Of a DNA stretch of 64,000 bases, positions 1 through 12,900 are shown piece after piece. This DNA is from Epiperipatus broadwayi (taxonomy: Eukaryota > Animalia > Onychophora). Every line of letters starts with the position of its first letter. Within the stretch, counting starts at the first letter, position 1. A program made the position numbers and the translations under genes. The stretch covers positions 2,790,001 to 2,854,000 of the forward strand of contig JAQFVV010000010.1 in NCBI GenBank assembly GCA_028023455.1, written 5' to 3'. Under the pieces are notes generated by a model. That model was not told the DNA's origin. It saw nothing but the letters and a program-made list of their open reading frames with translations, and ran no database searches.

Positions 1-959
1 AATAATAATAAATGTTCAGTCAAAAATGCTAATAAAACCTTATAATACTACTAATAAACAAATATTGCAAGAATAATATTTGTTCAACTGACAAAGCCAA
101 CATTTTGATTGCTAACAACTGACAGCATCAGGTCTGAACAGATCATATCACTAGTGTGTTTCAAAATGTTTAAACATGTTTCAACTTTGTGCAGCATTTA
201 AAATCATATTTGATAATTTTTCATGGGTACTTATTGATACTATAGTAATACAACATTTTCCTGTTAATTAGTCCAGACAATTTATATATATATATATAAA
301 TTATTGATATATATCTGAGGTCATGATTCAATAGCCTGTCTGAAAATTCAAAGAAATAATAGATTTAACATTAAACATGACTCATTAGTTTCCTTATAGA
401 AACAAATTCTACAAAGGATTTGATATAAACCAGTTAATTGTTCAGTTAAATCTGATAATATTTTTAAATGAATGTATTGGTCACAGAACTTGTTATATCA
501 ATGTATATTATTGTTGATTTTCATTTAAACTAATTTCTTTGAATTACTGTAAATATGACAATACTTTATTTTTAAAGCAAAAAATAAAATTAAAGGCATT
601 ATTTTTTGATAATTTAGGATGTATTATTTTTACTTTATAACTTGGCAAATTTGCTTTAAATATCTTTCATATCTTAATTTTTTAATAGATGTTTGATTTT
701 AGAAAGAAGGTAATTTTGATGGGAGAATTTATTTCTACTATAATATAGCTTGACTACAACTATGTTTAAAGTTTGCATTTGTAGAATATTTTTAATGATT
801 TTTTTTTTGTTTAAAGGCAGCCCATTATTTATTTCAATTATAATTTTTGCATTAATTATCTGAAAATATGTCCAAAGATTCAAAAATATTTATTTTTTTA
901 TTAAAATAGCAGTCATAAATTATATATATATTTACTACAATATATGTATTAAGCTTAGA

Positions 960-1900
960 ATAATTATTTCATATGGTTTTTATCTTTTCCAAATTAATTT
1001 TCAGCTATTATTTAATTCTAATGCTCTTGTATATGTGTATTTGTGTTGAGCCAATCTATTGCCAATTGTGGCACGAGTTTCACCATAATAAACAGCATCA
1101 CACCCCATTTGAGGGCACACAATTCTATATACTACCTGGGGGGGGGGGTTTGCTTCAATATTTCTTTTATCTTTGGTATTATTAATAAGCCTATTGGTGT
1201 TTGGATGAGTTCTAAATCCTAGTTTAAATTCTTTCTATAAAGTTTTACAGAAGTTTTTTGCCACTGCATGTATATATGGAACATGTTGTCCGTCTTCTTT
1301 TTATTTTTTATTTTTTTATGAAAGCCTTCAATCCTATTGGCTATTGTTCTGTGATTAAAACCCATGCTTATTAAATCCCTGATGTAGCTGGTGATGTTTT
1401 TCTTGTTCGACTCTAATTTGCATAGATGGTGATTACAAAATAAGAAAGCAGATAGCCCTGCAAGTTTGTGTAATGCTGTTTATTATGGTGAACTCATGCC
1501 ACAATTGGCAATAGATTGGCTTAACACAAATTCACATATACAAGAGCAATAACCAAAAAAGAAGGCAGTTCTGTATTTGCTGACCACCAGCAAGAGCTCA
1601 ACCACATATTTGAACCTTCCAAGGCTGATATGTTATGTACAGAAAGGAATGACATCAAGAGAAAAATCAAGGAAGCTTGTTTTATCACCAATGATATCAA
1701 CTCAATAAATAGAAAAGACACTTGTTTTGCCATTTCCAGAAAATGGATAATATAGGAGATAGTTTTGCATAAATTTGCATATAATGATATTAATAATCTA
1801 AGAGACTATGATTATGGAGTAACAAAATTCTGAAAGCGCTTAGTCTGTAGGAATTATGATATTGAAAGCCTACAGAAATTATTATATAAAAATTTTTTAC
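960..1900. mobile_element. Penelope-like element remnant: GIY-YIG endonuclease in two divergent copies plus 3' end
   Basis: The minus strand gives VVYRIVCPQMGCDAVYYGETRATIGNRLAQHKY. The + strand from ~1465 (one frameshift) gives CNAVYYGE...ADHQQELNHIF...KRKIKEACFITNDINSINRKD. Both are GIY-YIG signatures of PLEs. Confidence 0.8.
1804..1845 (+). ncRNA. Variant minimal hammerhead-like motif at a PLE 3' end
   Basis: GACT-ATGATTA-t-GGAGT(aacaaa)ATTCT-GAAA-GCGC-TT-AGTC: helix I GACT/AGTC, palindromic helix III, and A3/U8 in place of C3/G8. Confidence 0.4.
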
Positions 1901-2199
1901 CGCAACATATCAGTGTGCTATTAATTACAAAATAAAGGTAAATAAAATAGTTATTACAAAACTATATTGTACGTGAACTTCATTTAATATGTATAATTTT
2001 ACTTTAAATCTATTCCACACATATAGTGTATATATATCATTAAATATTTCTGCAGTAAATTAATATGTATACTCTTTATGTATATATCATATTTAGAATG
2101 TATACATAATTATATATGTATAAGAAATCAGTAGGTAACTTTTCTGTTTATTTGAAAATTGTTTTTTTTTTAGAAAAAAAAAAGTTTAACAAAACTAAA

Positions 2200-2760
2200 T
2201 GATGATTTCAATTGCAACCAAGAAAATTGCAGGCATTACTTAAAACATTGAAGCTTTCCTCCCAGTGTTCCATATCTAAGAAACTAAATCACCTATTTAA
2301 AATATTAATGTGTCCTATCATTTTCATAGAGATTTTTAAAAAAATGCAAAATTTTAACAAATTAGTTTGAACTTTATTAAATCTCTTTTAAAATATTATT
2401 AAATTGAAAGAAAAAAAGCCCAAATCACTCTCTTGTAAGTTTTATTTAAAACAAATGAAAGTTCTAAGAAGAATTTTTAAATTTGAAATATCAAAATATT
2501 TAATATTTTTCCACCCTCTGTTCCATTATCTAAGAAATTAGATGACTTACTGAAAATATTAGTATCCCATATGAATTAGCCTGGTATAAATTAGTTATAT
2601 ACTAAATTTCAACCAATTCTATTGAATTTAAATATATTAAATCTCAATTTTAAAATTACAAAAAAGATTACAAGTTTATAAGCTAACATATTAACAAATA
2701 AAACGATTTTCTAACTTCAATAAAAGCATTTAAAACATAATTAAAACCTAATAAAATTGT
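2200..2760 (-). mobile_element. Heavily decayed RT fragment, possibly Penelope-type
   Basis: The minus strand gives FKFN-like and FSFLD-like motifs among many stops. It lies next to the GIY-YIG fragments. Confidence 0.35.
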
Positions 2761-3008
2761 TTAATTTTTAAATAGATTGAAAATGATTTTAATTTTTTAC
2801 AATTATTTTCTTGTTTTTTTTTCTTGCAAAATAATTTTGAATTTTTACTCAATATATTAAATTTTATTCAAAATTTCATATATTTTGAAGAATAGTTGAT
2901 GAATCATGACATTTTTGAAATGGGATATTTTAATTAATTTTTTTATAATTTAAAATATATATTTTTGTTTATAATTCATATTTTTTGTACTTGCTTTTGT
3001 TTTTTTAG

Positions 3009-3178
3009 CTTTCAATTGAATTAACACAAGAACAGTTATTGAGAAAACAGCAACAGAATCAAGTTGTAAGCACAACACTCAGTCCACAAACAGCAAGTCC
3101 GCCAAATTCTGAAAAACATCACTTAGGTGTTGAACTTGCTGATTGCAAAGCTAAAATGAGAAGAATGCGGCAGGACTT
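3009..3178 (+). CDS. Girdin: Girdin/Daple (CCDC88) internal coding exon, first in window
   Basis: ttttttAG acceptor and GTgagt donor. Translates LSIELTQEQLLRKQQQNQ...HHLGVELADCKAKMRRMRQD(L), matching the Girdin motif HLSVELADAKAKIRRLRQEL. Ends in phase 2, compatible with the next exon. Confidence 0.93.
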
Positions 3179-3559
3179 GTGAGTTAACTTTATTTAATAA
3201 ACATTATTTTTAGGTAAAAAAATTACTTTACACAAATAAAAATTATACATTAAAAACTAATATCAAGTAAATAAAATTACCAATTTTTATATTATAATTT
3301 AAATAAGATGTTTGGAAATATATGATTACACAAATTTATTTTATAAATAAGTTAGTTATTTAGCAATCATTCATTCACAACAATTATCTTTGATTACATT
3401 CATAAATGATTAACTAATTATTTTTTTAATATGCAAGAAATCTATTTTTTTTTTTTTAACCTTTGGTATAGAATTTAATAAAGTTCAAATCTCTTGAAAT
3501 TATAACTAAAGTTAATTTATATTTCAAGCTTATGATTGCAAACATTGGGGGGATGTGAT

Positions 3560-4440
3560 AATAGCTTTCAAAATAAATTTTGACCCAACCAGATGCCTTC
3601 AGTTAGACCAATCCACATTACCTTTTCAAATGCTTTATATGAATTCTTTGCATTTTATTGAAGAATATCTTATAAATTTGCTTTATAAGTAATCTATTAC
3701 TAAAGAAGACATTTTAATTCTTCATTTTCTACAAACTCTACAAGTCTGTGTCCTTTTTTATTCCTATCACCAAAACCAATTTTACCAATAATAGCCTTTA
3801 TCTGTCAATCATTTAACAACTCTGGAATTAATCTCTTATAAGAATTAAAAATGTTGTATGATCTGATTAAAAACATTTTGTATATCTGAATAAAAATACT
3901 CTACTTGTTCAATACAATAAGAAGTTGTTGGGTATAAATCTGAACTATTTGCATTTGATATTTTCCATTAATTTGAACAACTAATCTTGCCATTCTGTCT
4001 GATATAAATCTTCACATAGTTGTTTTTCCACATTTTATTTATAATGAATTCAAGTCATACTTCCAACATTTGTCTTTATAGTAAAATATATTTTAACTTT
4101 TTAAACCACTTGTTTTTCACCTTTTTTTCTAATTTCACAAAGTCCAACCATATATCATTTAATATTTGACAAATCTTTCAATTTCTGCAACCTTACATCA
4201 TTTAAAGCTGTTTACAATTGTAAGTACCTAAATTAAAGGTCATCATTAATTGAAAGTTAGAGTTTGGAATCACAGGAAGTTCATTCACACACACATTGAT
4301 TCTGCTTTCAAGAAAACCTGATATTTCAGTTAAGAGCTATCAGACAACAAAGAAAAAAGACCATGATGTTTTTTAATCTTAAATTCAGAGAAAAAAGTTT
4401 TGATGCTAACTGAAAGGAGATCCTTTGAATTCTGTCTAAG
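3560..4440 (-). mobile_element. RTE-type LINE fragment (APE endonuclease region)
   Basis: Minus-strand KIG..RG.RLVEF-type APE motif. Shares sequence (ttcagttaagagctatcagacaac) with 55930-55960. Confidence 0.7.
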
Positions 4441-4699
4441 GCTTAATAAAGCTGACAAAACTAATTTTTAATATCTATTCCGTGCATTTTTGTTGTTGCA
4501 GCTGTTATTACTATATTATTAAGATATGTAAATGAAAATGGAAAGGGCTATTCACCAATAAGCATCAGCCTTCAATAGTGAGTTTTTTGGCTTTTTAGCT
4601 CTGAGTTTAAGATGAAGAAAAAGTAAACTTTAGATATAAAGAATGTTTTTTATTCAAATCAAAGAACATTTTAAAATTGTTATAACATCAGCATAAATG

Positions 4700-6900
4700 A
4701 ATTTTTTATATTTCATTTTTAGATGATTGTATATTAAATAAGTGCGAAATTGCTGTTGGCAAACTTGAATATGTAGGAAGATAGAGAGGAAATACATTTA
4801 TGGAATTTGCTGGAAAAGAAATATATGTATTATGAATTCTTTTTTTTTTTTTAAATGTAAATTAGAAATGAATATGGATATTTATCTAAATAAACATGCA
4901 GCAAAGCTAAATCATATTATCAACAGAAAATATGTATTTCAAGACTATAATATATTTAATACATTCAAGACAGAAAGTAATCATCGATATAAAATACAAG
5001 TCATGCAAAACTAAAGATTAAAAAGCTATTAAAAACACAGTTTTAAAAATTGATAATCTTCAGTTACTCTAATAAATTTAAGCTTAAACTTGCAAGCCAT
5101 TTAAAAATATTAACAGACTTCAATGATGCATCAAACTTGAACCAAATAAATAAAAAAATTACTCATACTCTACTAAAAACTGCTAAACAGATATCTAATA
5201 TATATTTTTAAAATGCAATTTAATAGTAAATTTTTAATTTAAACATAATAATATATAAAGAAAAAAAAAAGAATTGTGAAAGTTTTTCAAAGTAATCCAT
5301 TTGGAAGAAAATATTTGGAATTCTGTAAAATAATACAAAAAAAAGTTGATGATGATATAAGAAAACATAACTGGAATTTGGCTAAGAAAACTCTCGAAGA
5401 AAACAGAAGTCTCAAAATTATAACACAATACCTTGATATCAGAAGGAAAAGTTCTTCATCAATAACTAGAGAAGGTGATATTATTATTAAAAAGAGAGCT
5501 GTGAGCCTGTAGTGTGTGGAAAATTTGTACAAAGAATTTTCTAATAATGAAAGATAAGAAATCAAAATACCTTCTACAATTATAACATCTTTTAAAGTAT
5601 CAAGTATTTTAAATGAAGAGCTGAGATTTCCAATCAAGCATCTTAAAAGAAGCAAAACTTTTGGAAAGTCTATGTATTAAATGTCTAAATCATAAAGATA
5701 TGTCACATAATTGGAAGAATTTAGTAGTGATGTCGATACTGAAGAAAAATGAAATATATATATGAAATTATAGATCTATCAGTCTTCTGTCATTTTTATA
5801 CAAGAACTTTATTAAAGTCATGATAGCTTGTCTATAGATAACTTTGGACTTACGTCAATCAAAAGAACAGACCTGGATTTAAAAATAATTTTAGCATATT
5901 AGGATCATATGCAAATATTGAAAGAAGTTATGGAAAAAACTAATGAGTATAAATTGTCATTATATTTTAAATTTATAAATTATGAAAAGGCATTTGATTG
6001 TATGAATATGTTCACAGTAATTAATACTTTGAAACATCAAGATGTAGACATTGCCAAATTTTAAAGAAAAGTTTATCATAATGTAGAATATTAATATTTA
6101 TAAGGGTATATACAGGGATGTTCCATGTCTTCAAAATCATTTACTATTTTATGGATTAAAATGAAAAATAAATGGATTTTATTAATTCATCTAGGAATTG
6201 TAAATGATATGGTTATTTTTATAAATACTGTTTCAAAATGTAAATTTTTTTTATAATAAAAACTATCGGATAAAAGCAACAAAGAAAATCTAAAGATAAA
6301 ATTCTAAAATGTCTAAAATAATGTTCAGTAGCTTTTCACCAGAAAATAAAAATATAATAAAAATAAACTAGAAGAAATTAGCAACAACAAATAACTTGGT
6401 CATGTTATTAATATGGATTGAAAAATTTAATCATAAAATTAAAGTTGTATAGACACAACATAAAATTTAATAGGCATATGACAATGAGTTTGAAAAGGAT
6501 TTTTTGTTAAATAGACGTGTTTTATCAGTTTTTATAAATGGATCTGAAAGTTAGACATTCAACAGAAGATCAATTCAAACACATCAGACCATACAATGAA
6601 GCATGGAGAGATGTAGAGTGTTATAAGGTGAAAACAAAAGTTAAATGTGTGTGAGAGAAATACATATTAATGCAATCATTAAAAGATTAAGAGATTGAAA
6701 GTAAACTGAGCTGAATATATTGCTAGAAATCTTAAATTGGATCCTGAAATTCGAAGAGATTTACAAAATATGTATAATATGGATGGATTAAAGAAAGAAT
6801 TTTATTAGATTGATGTGAAAAATAGAGGCTATGGATTGGAGATTAATATTGGAGATATCTTCATTCTGCAATCGATTGTTAATGGTTGAATATGAAAATA
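4700..6900 (+). mobile_element. RTE-type LINE, decayed APE to RT
   Basis: MEF...YVMNSFF (APE), linker ORF 5276..5512, and DHMQILKEVMEKTNEYKLSLYFKFINYEKAFD (RT), followed by the RT C-terminus. Confidence 0.8.
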
Positions 6901-7497
6901 AACAATAATTACCCATCCTTGTAAAGATAGATAAATAATCATTATGTATTTACTGAAAAATGATTGCTATGAATAGGTATTAGCTAAAAATATGGTATTT
7001 ACAATAAAATATATTTGTGCATCATAAAACATGGAATGTGACATTTGGGAAGATAGCTTAATTTAACTGAAACATTTTTTTTTGCCTGCTACTTATAATT
7101 ATATTGTGACCAATTTTTCATCTTCTTTGAAAATGCAGAAATTATGTGTAATAAAACAAGAGCAGCCTCACCACTGTAGTGCCATCTAATAGAAATTGAG
7201 TTAATTAGTGATTATCACATGCATATAAAATTACCATCCTTCATATTTAAATCCTCATTCACTGACAGATTTTTCAAGCTTACATTAGATGGTGCTAGAA
7301 TGGAGAACTGCGTATTGCTTAAGCAGAAGATTTAAAAAATTATTATTTTTCACAAAGCAATATAAAGTAATAGAGTTCCATAAGAAAAATTATTGAGAGC
7401 AGTCTGTTGCAGGTAATAAGCACTAGGATTGATACCTGGTCATATTTACCTAATCAGAAATATAGCCTCAGTCTTATAGAATAGCATCACTCTAAAT

Positions 7498-8006
7498 CAG
7501 TGATTATCAACCCTTGGTCCGCGGACCGGTGCCAGGCCGCAGGAAAGTTTGTAATAACAAAATAATAAGAGTTTAAACTTTTAATTAATATAAACAATTT
7601 TTTTTTTATATCATTTTTACCCAATTAAAAAAAAAAGAAAGAATGAAAACAAAATCTAATCAATCATACATAAATTAATTTGTTTTTTTTTTTAGTTATC
7701 ACGGATGTTTATGGGGCGGAGGAGGTAGAATTATTTTTTTTATTACTTTTCTAAAAAAATTCAAAATTAAAAAAAAAGTTTTTTATTATACAAACTCCAT
7801 ATATATAATTTCATCTTTTATATTTAAAGTTGTTTTGATCAGTTATAACAATTATGCTCATCTAAAACTAAGCAGTTTATATCTTTAAGAAAATTTATCT
7901 ATAGACTTCTGCCGGTCCGCGAAACCTTATTCTTATTTTTGCCGGGCCGCGAAACCTTATCCTTATTTTTACCGGTTCGCAGGTGTGAAAAGGTTGAAGA
8001 CCACTG
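7498..8006. mobile_element. Non-autonomous hAT element (MITE), 509 bp
   Basis: TIRs CAGTGATTATCAACC and (rc) CAGTGGTCTTCAACC. Perfect 8-bp TSD CTCTAAAT at 7490-7497 and 8007-8014. Subterminal ccggtccgcgaaacctt repeats. Confidence 0.9.
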
Positions 8007-8741
8007 CTCTAAATCACATTTAAAAATTTTAAATTATCATTCAACACAAAGAATGCTTGGCAAATTTTTCTGATATTAGAGAGGCATAAATTTTATATTC
8101 ATTTTTTTTTTTTTACAATTATATTCCATCAAAAGGTTGGAAGAGAAAATATCACTAAAAAGTACTGAAATCAAAAAGTTATGATATTATGAAATAAGAT
8201 CAATTAATGGTTATTAATTTCAGCTTTTTAAAAATAAATGATTTATATGTAATACAAATAGCATTTTCATCAGTGATTAGTCGAGTTTGTGTCTGCAATG
8301 AAATTCTGGGAAATCATCCCCCTCCCCCCAAAAAAAGAAACAAATTTATCATCTTTGAAACTGACTTGTATCATGCATAATTTGAAATCTTTAGCTGTAA
8401 ACAAGATAGATCATGTCTATTAGTCACACAAAATAATAAATTCCAAATCCATTCCATTACTTTGTTGCCATGTATAATAATATATTCACTCTATCTAGCA
8501 CTACTCAGTAGCTTAACTGGTTTAATGGAAAATCAAGAAATTTGTATAAATTTTTTGTATCCGATTTAGAGATGTTGTAAATGCAAAGCAATTTTAGAAA
8601 GTGGGTTACATTGACTGAAATATATATACTTATTAATATGTAGAAATTTGAGTGAACTGCATTATATTGTAGATAATCATTATTTTATAATTTGTTACTA
8701 TAATTTTAATCAATTGAAATATTTTTCTTCAATTTTTTTAG

Positions 8742-8823
8742 AGAAGAAAAAAGTGAACTGATAATTGAATGTAAAGAAGATTTGGAACAAACTAAAAACA
8801 TACTTAACAAACTTCGGCAAGAA
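8742..8823 (+). CDS. Girdin: Girdin coding exon 2 in window
   Basis: AG/GT boundaries. (L)EEKSELIIECKEDLEQTKNILNKLRQE resembles Girdin EEKTEQLLDCKQELEQ. Phases fit both neighbours. Confidence 0.92.
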
Positions 8824-9004
8824 GTAAGAAATAAAATTTATATTTATTTAAGAATTCTAATAATTTTAATAATGTGCTCTAAGAATGTATAATATGATTC
8901 ATGGAGCAATATTATAGTATTTACTTAGTGTTGGTTGCTCTTGGAATAATATTATTTAGAAATTGTACAAATATTAGATATATATTGTTGCTTTTTTCAT
9001 ATAG

Positions 9005-9076
9005 AATTTAGAACTTACTCAAGATGCTAGAACTGCTAAAGCTTACAGAGATGAATTGGATATTGTTCGAGAAAAG
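9005..9076 (+). CDS. Girdin: Girdin coding exon 3 in window
   Basis: AG/GT boundaries, 72 nt. NLELTQDARTAKAYRDELDIVREK resembles DARSARMYRDELDALREK. Confidence 0.95.
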
Positions 9077-9176
9077 GTATTACAATCGTACACTGTTAAT
9101 ATTAAAACATTTTATTCAGTTATAATTTTTGTTTACATATAGTTTTTTTTTTAAAATTAACTGTGTTTTTATTTAG

Positions 9177-9263
9177 GCAAGTAAAGTTGACAAGTATGAA
9201 GGAGAAATTTCAAGATATCGAGATCGTTTAAATGAACTGGAATTTTATAAGTGTAGAGTAGAG
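9177..9263 (+). CDS. Girdin: Girdin coding exon 4 in window
   Basis: AG/GT boundaries, 87 nt. ASKVDKYEGEISRYRDRLNELEFYKCRVE resembles RVDKLESEVSRYKERLHDIEFYKARVE. Confidence 0.95.
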
Positions 9264-9578
9264 GTATGTAATTGCTTTTAAATTTAAGTGATAACCTTGA
9301 ACATTATCAATAACAATTTGCCATTGCTTACCACTCTTTAATACAATTTTTGCTAGCATTCAATAATAATAATCTAACATATGCTCAAATTAACAATTAT
9401 CAAGAAAAGTAAATAATCATACAGTTGCTTAGGAGATCAAATGCTGTTTGAATATGAAAGTGATGATACTTGATTACCATCAATGGTAATTTTCAATCTA
9501 TTCTAGCATTAAATAATAATAATTCAGCATAGGCCCAAAAATATCAAGAAAAATTAATAATTTTAATGATAGTTGCAC

Positions 9579-9746
9579 TAAACTAGTGACAAAAATGGCA
9601 TACTCAAGAGTTAAACACTTCTGGGTCAATTCCTGTCCAATTGCAACCAAGAATTATCAGTTTGGTGATAATTCTTTGTTGCAATTGGACAGGAATTGAC
9701 CCAGGAGTATTTAACTCTTGACTATGCCATTTTTGTCACTAGTTTA
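9579..9746. repeat. Near-perfect foldback hairpin (~81-bp arms, 6-nt loop)
   Basis: taaactagtgacaaaaatggcat...gaattatca-GTTTGG-tgataattc...atgccatttttgtcactagttta, with few mismatches. Confidence 0.9.
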
Positions 9747-9933
9747 AACTACACAAGTCAATGCAAAAACTTTTGCTTTCAATTATTGAATAAGATTTCG
9801 TTTAATAAATTTATTTCTGAAAATGCTGAAAAGTTTAAATAAAAAAAATATCATTTATTAAGAAAATTAAGAAAAGTTATAGTCTGGGTCATGTTATTAA
9901 AGACAGAGAATTTTTGAAGGATGTGTTAGAAGA

Positions 9934-12900
9934 TGAAATATATGTACTGAAATAATTAAGCAATAAATGTTTTGGTTGATTAAATTTAAAATAAATAAAT
10001 AAATAAAACTGAATAAAGTATTTAGTTTTAAAATGCTTTATAAAAATAAAGTACAAAAATGAATGAGATTGTCATCAAAAGCAAAATATTTCATATATTA
10101 AAAGAAATGTAATTAATGTGCACTATATATATATATATACTAATTAAATTTACAAAGTGAGGTCTGAACTAATTGAATTGATAAAATATTTACGATCTGG
10201 AACCACTTCATTGGCTGAAATGAAAGAATAAAAAATATATAATCTGTAGCAGAACAGGAAAGGCTCACTTCTCCTTCATCTTTGAGACCAGTTTTGAAAG
10301 CAGACAATGGGAAACATCAGCAGGAGATATCTTTTTCCCAGGATCTCAGTTCTTGAAGGTTATTAAACTGAGTAGGGAATTTAACAGATCACGCTGACTT
10401 ATTATGATTTTATAAGTCTAAGGGACCATGCGGACTAAGGAAAAGATTTAAAAGTAATACAAAGTTATACTATCATGTATACCTTAGCTAATAGACTGTT
10501 AATAGTATGGGAAATAACACTAGTCAGAAAGTAAATGCTATGGTAAAATTAGAATATGTGTACCAATATATATATATTTGCATGTATTAAATTGTTAGAA
10601 TTATAAACCATTTTGAATTGTTGGTTTATTCTGAAATTTTAATTATTATTTTTGCTTTTAAAAATTTAGGGATTTTTTTAATTAGGAAATTAGGAGCTAA
10701 AATATAATCAAATTGGTACAGCCAGATTATTGAACTGCTTGAGAGGCAAAAACTACCTATAAGGAAAATTGGTCCAATCAAAGTTCGAATCTAGCCATAG
10801 GAAAAAAAAAAAAATCATTGATATCATTTTGATAAACATACATTGCCAAGTTTAATATAAGCAATGCTGATGAATGAGCATTATACACAACACAAATTGA
10901 AATTTTTTTTAATTAAACAGAACCTAACCATAGGGAAAAAAACCCTCCATAACATCATTTTGAAAAACATGCATTGCTGAGATTGATGTAAGCAAGGCTG
11001 CTGAATGGTCATTATATATAACTCAAGTTGAGAAATTTTTTAAATTAAACAGAATTGAGGGCAATAAATATAAGGTAGCAGCACCCTTATGCTTTTCATA
11101 TAGGAGGGTTATCAAAATAGTAACATATTATGTGAACCTGTTTCTTATAAGGAAATAATAAAGAAGGTAAAGGAAAATTTTTACCCTCGCCCATCCTGCC
11201 ATATCATGCATTCCTTAGATTATTGGCTAAAGATTGCAGGTATGGTGGTTTTTGTCACTGAAATACTCATATATCAGCTGCTCTGGGATATATCTGATGA
11301 TATGCTCAGATAACAGCTTTTAACTGAGTCACATTAAAGATATGAGATGACTATTAAAAAAGGAATAGCTTATGAGTTAATATTAGAACAAGCGTGTGTT
11401 TTTCAAAATAAAGCAAATGATAACCAAAATAAAGGTAAATAAGCAAATTACAAACTAGCAAAAATCACTTTACATGATTAAAGATAAAGCCACTTATTAT
11501 TGCTATGGGAAAGCTGGTCACAGAGTAAAAGATGGCGAATGGAAAAAGTAAAAATGTTTTAAATGCTGATTTAAAGATCATTTGTCACTAGTATGTAGGA
11601 AAGCTGATTATAGATAGAGCCATATAAAATCCAATCTCCAAAAAATAGAGGAGGCAAAACATCCAATATGCAATTGTTCAAAAACATGGAAGTGATGGGG
11701 TCAAAGCAATTTAGAATGAAATTGCAAGTCTGTAGTAAAAATATTAGCGTGGAGATAGATAGTGGTTCAGGGATATCTATAATGTCTGAGAAAGATTAGT
11801 ATGGACACCTAACTATGTGAATATTCCAATAGAGAAGTCAAACACTAAGGCTCAAGATGTGAGTGCAAATAAGTTTAAATTACTGAGTGAAGGAAAAGTA
11901 CCAATAAAACATCATATGAAAATATTTAACTTACCAACAAATATAATCAAAGGAAAAATCCCATGGGAAAGGAACTTGTATCAGTATTGTGGAAAAAATT
12001 TCCCTGGAGCAGGAAAGTCAAAAGAATTATCCAGATTTATTTAATGAGAAATTAAGTACAATATTAACTAACCCATAGAGATTGAATTACTTGAAAATGC
12101 AGATCTTAATTGTTTGTAAATGCGTAAAATTCCATTCATGTAGAAAAGTAAAGTGGAAGAGAACATTCAGGGATTGATTGATAAAGTCATATTGACACCA
12201 GTAGAAATTTCATTTTGGGCTGCCTGTAACGGCAAAAACAAAACTTAATTGTCAAATTTGGATAATGGTAAATAAATACTTATACAAGTTGCTAATGTGA
12301 GAGAAATATTAGTCAGTCTTCAAAAAGTATCATGCTTTCCCAAAAACTGGACCTTATCTCTGCCTTCCACCAAATATCCATTACAGACAAATCAGCAAAA
12401 ACATTAATCCTAATGACCTCTGTTGAATTATTTAAATATAATCAGCTATTATTTGATATTAAAACTGCATTGAATATTTTTCAAGCAAAAATTAATCCTT
12501 TATTAAAGGGATTAAATGGTGTAATGCCTTATTTTGCCAACATCTTAGCTTGTTCTAAAAAACTGAACCTTAACTCTGCCTTCCACCAAATATCCGTTAC
12601 AGACAAATCAGCGAAAACATTAATCCTAATGATCACTGTTGAATTATTTAAATGTAATCCGCTATTATTTGATATTAAAACTGCATTGAATATTTTTCAA
12701 GCAAAAATTAATCCTTTATTATAGGGATTAAATGGTGTAATGCCTTATTTTGACAACATATTAGCTTGTTCTGAAAAATTTGTTAATTCAAAGACTGTGA
12801 AAAATACGGACAAACCCACAAATATTAAAAAGGTCAACGCATTTTTTGGTCTGATAAATTATATTGAAATTTTTTTGCAGAATAAGGCTAACATAACAAA

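Noticed and set aside
2211-2226. 16-nt match (caattgcaaccaagaa) to the 9.6-kb hairpin
   Set aside because: No extension on either side; about one such match is expected by chance in 64 kb of AT-rich DNA.
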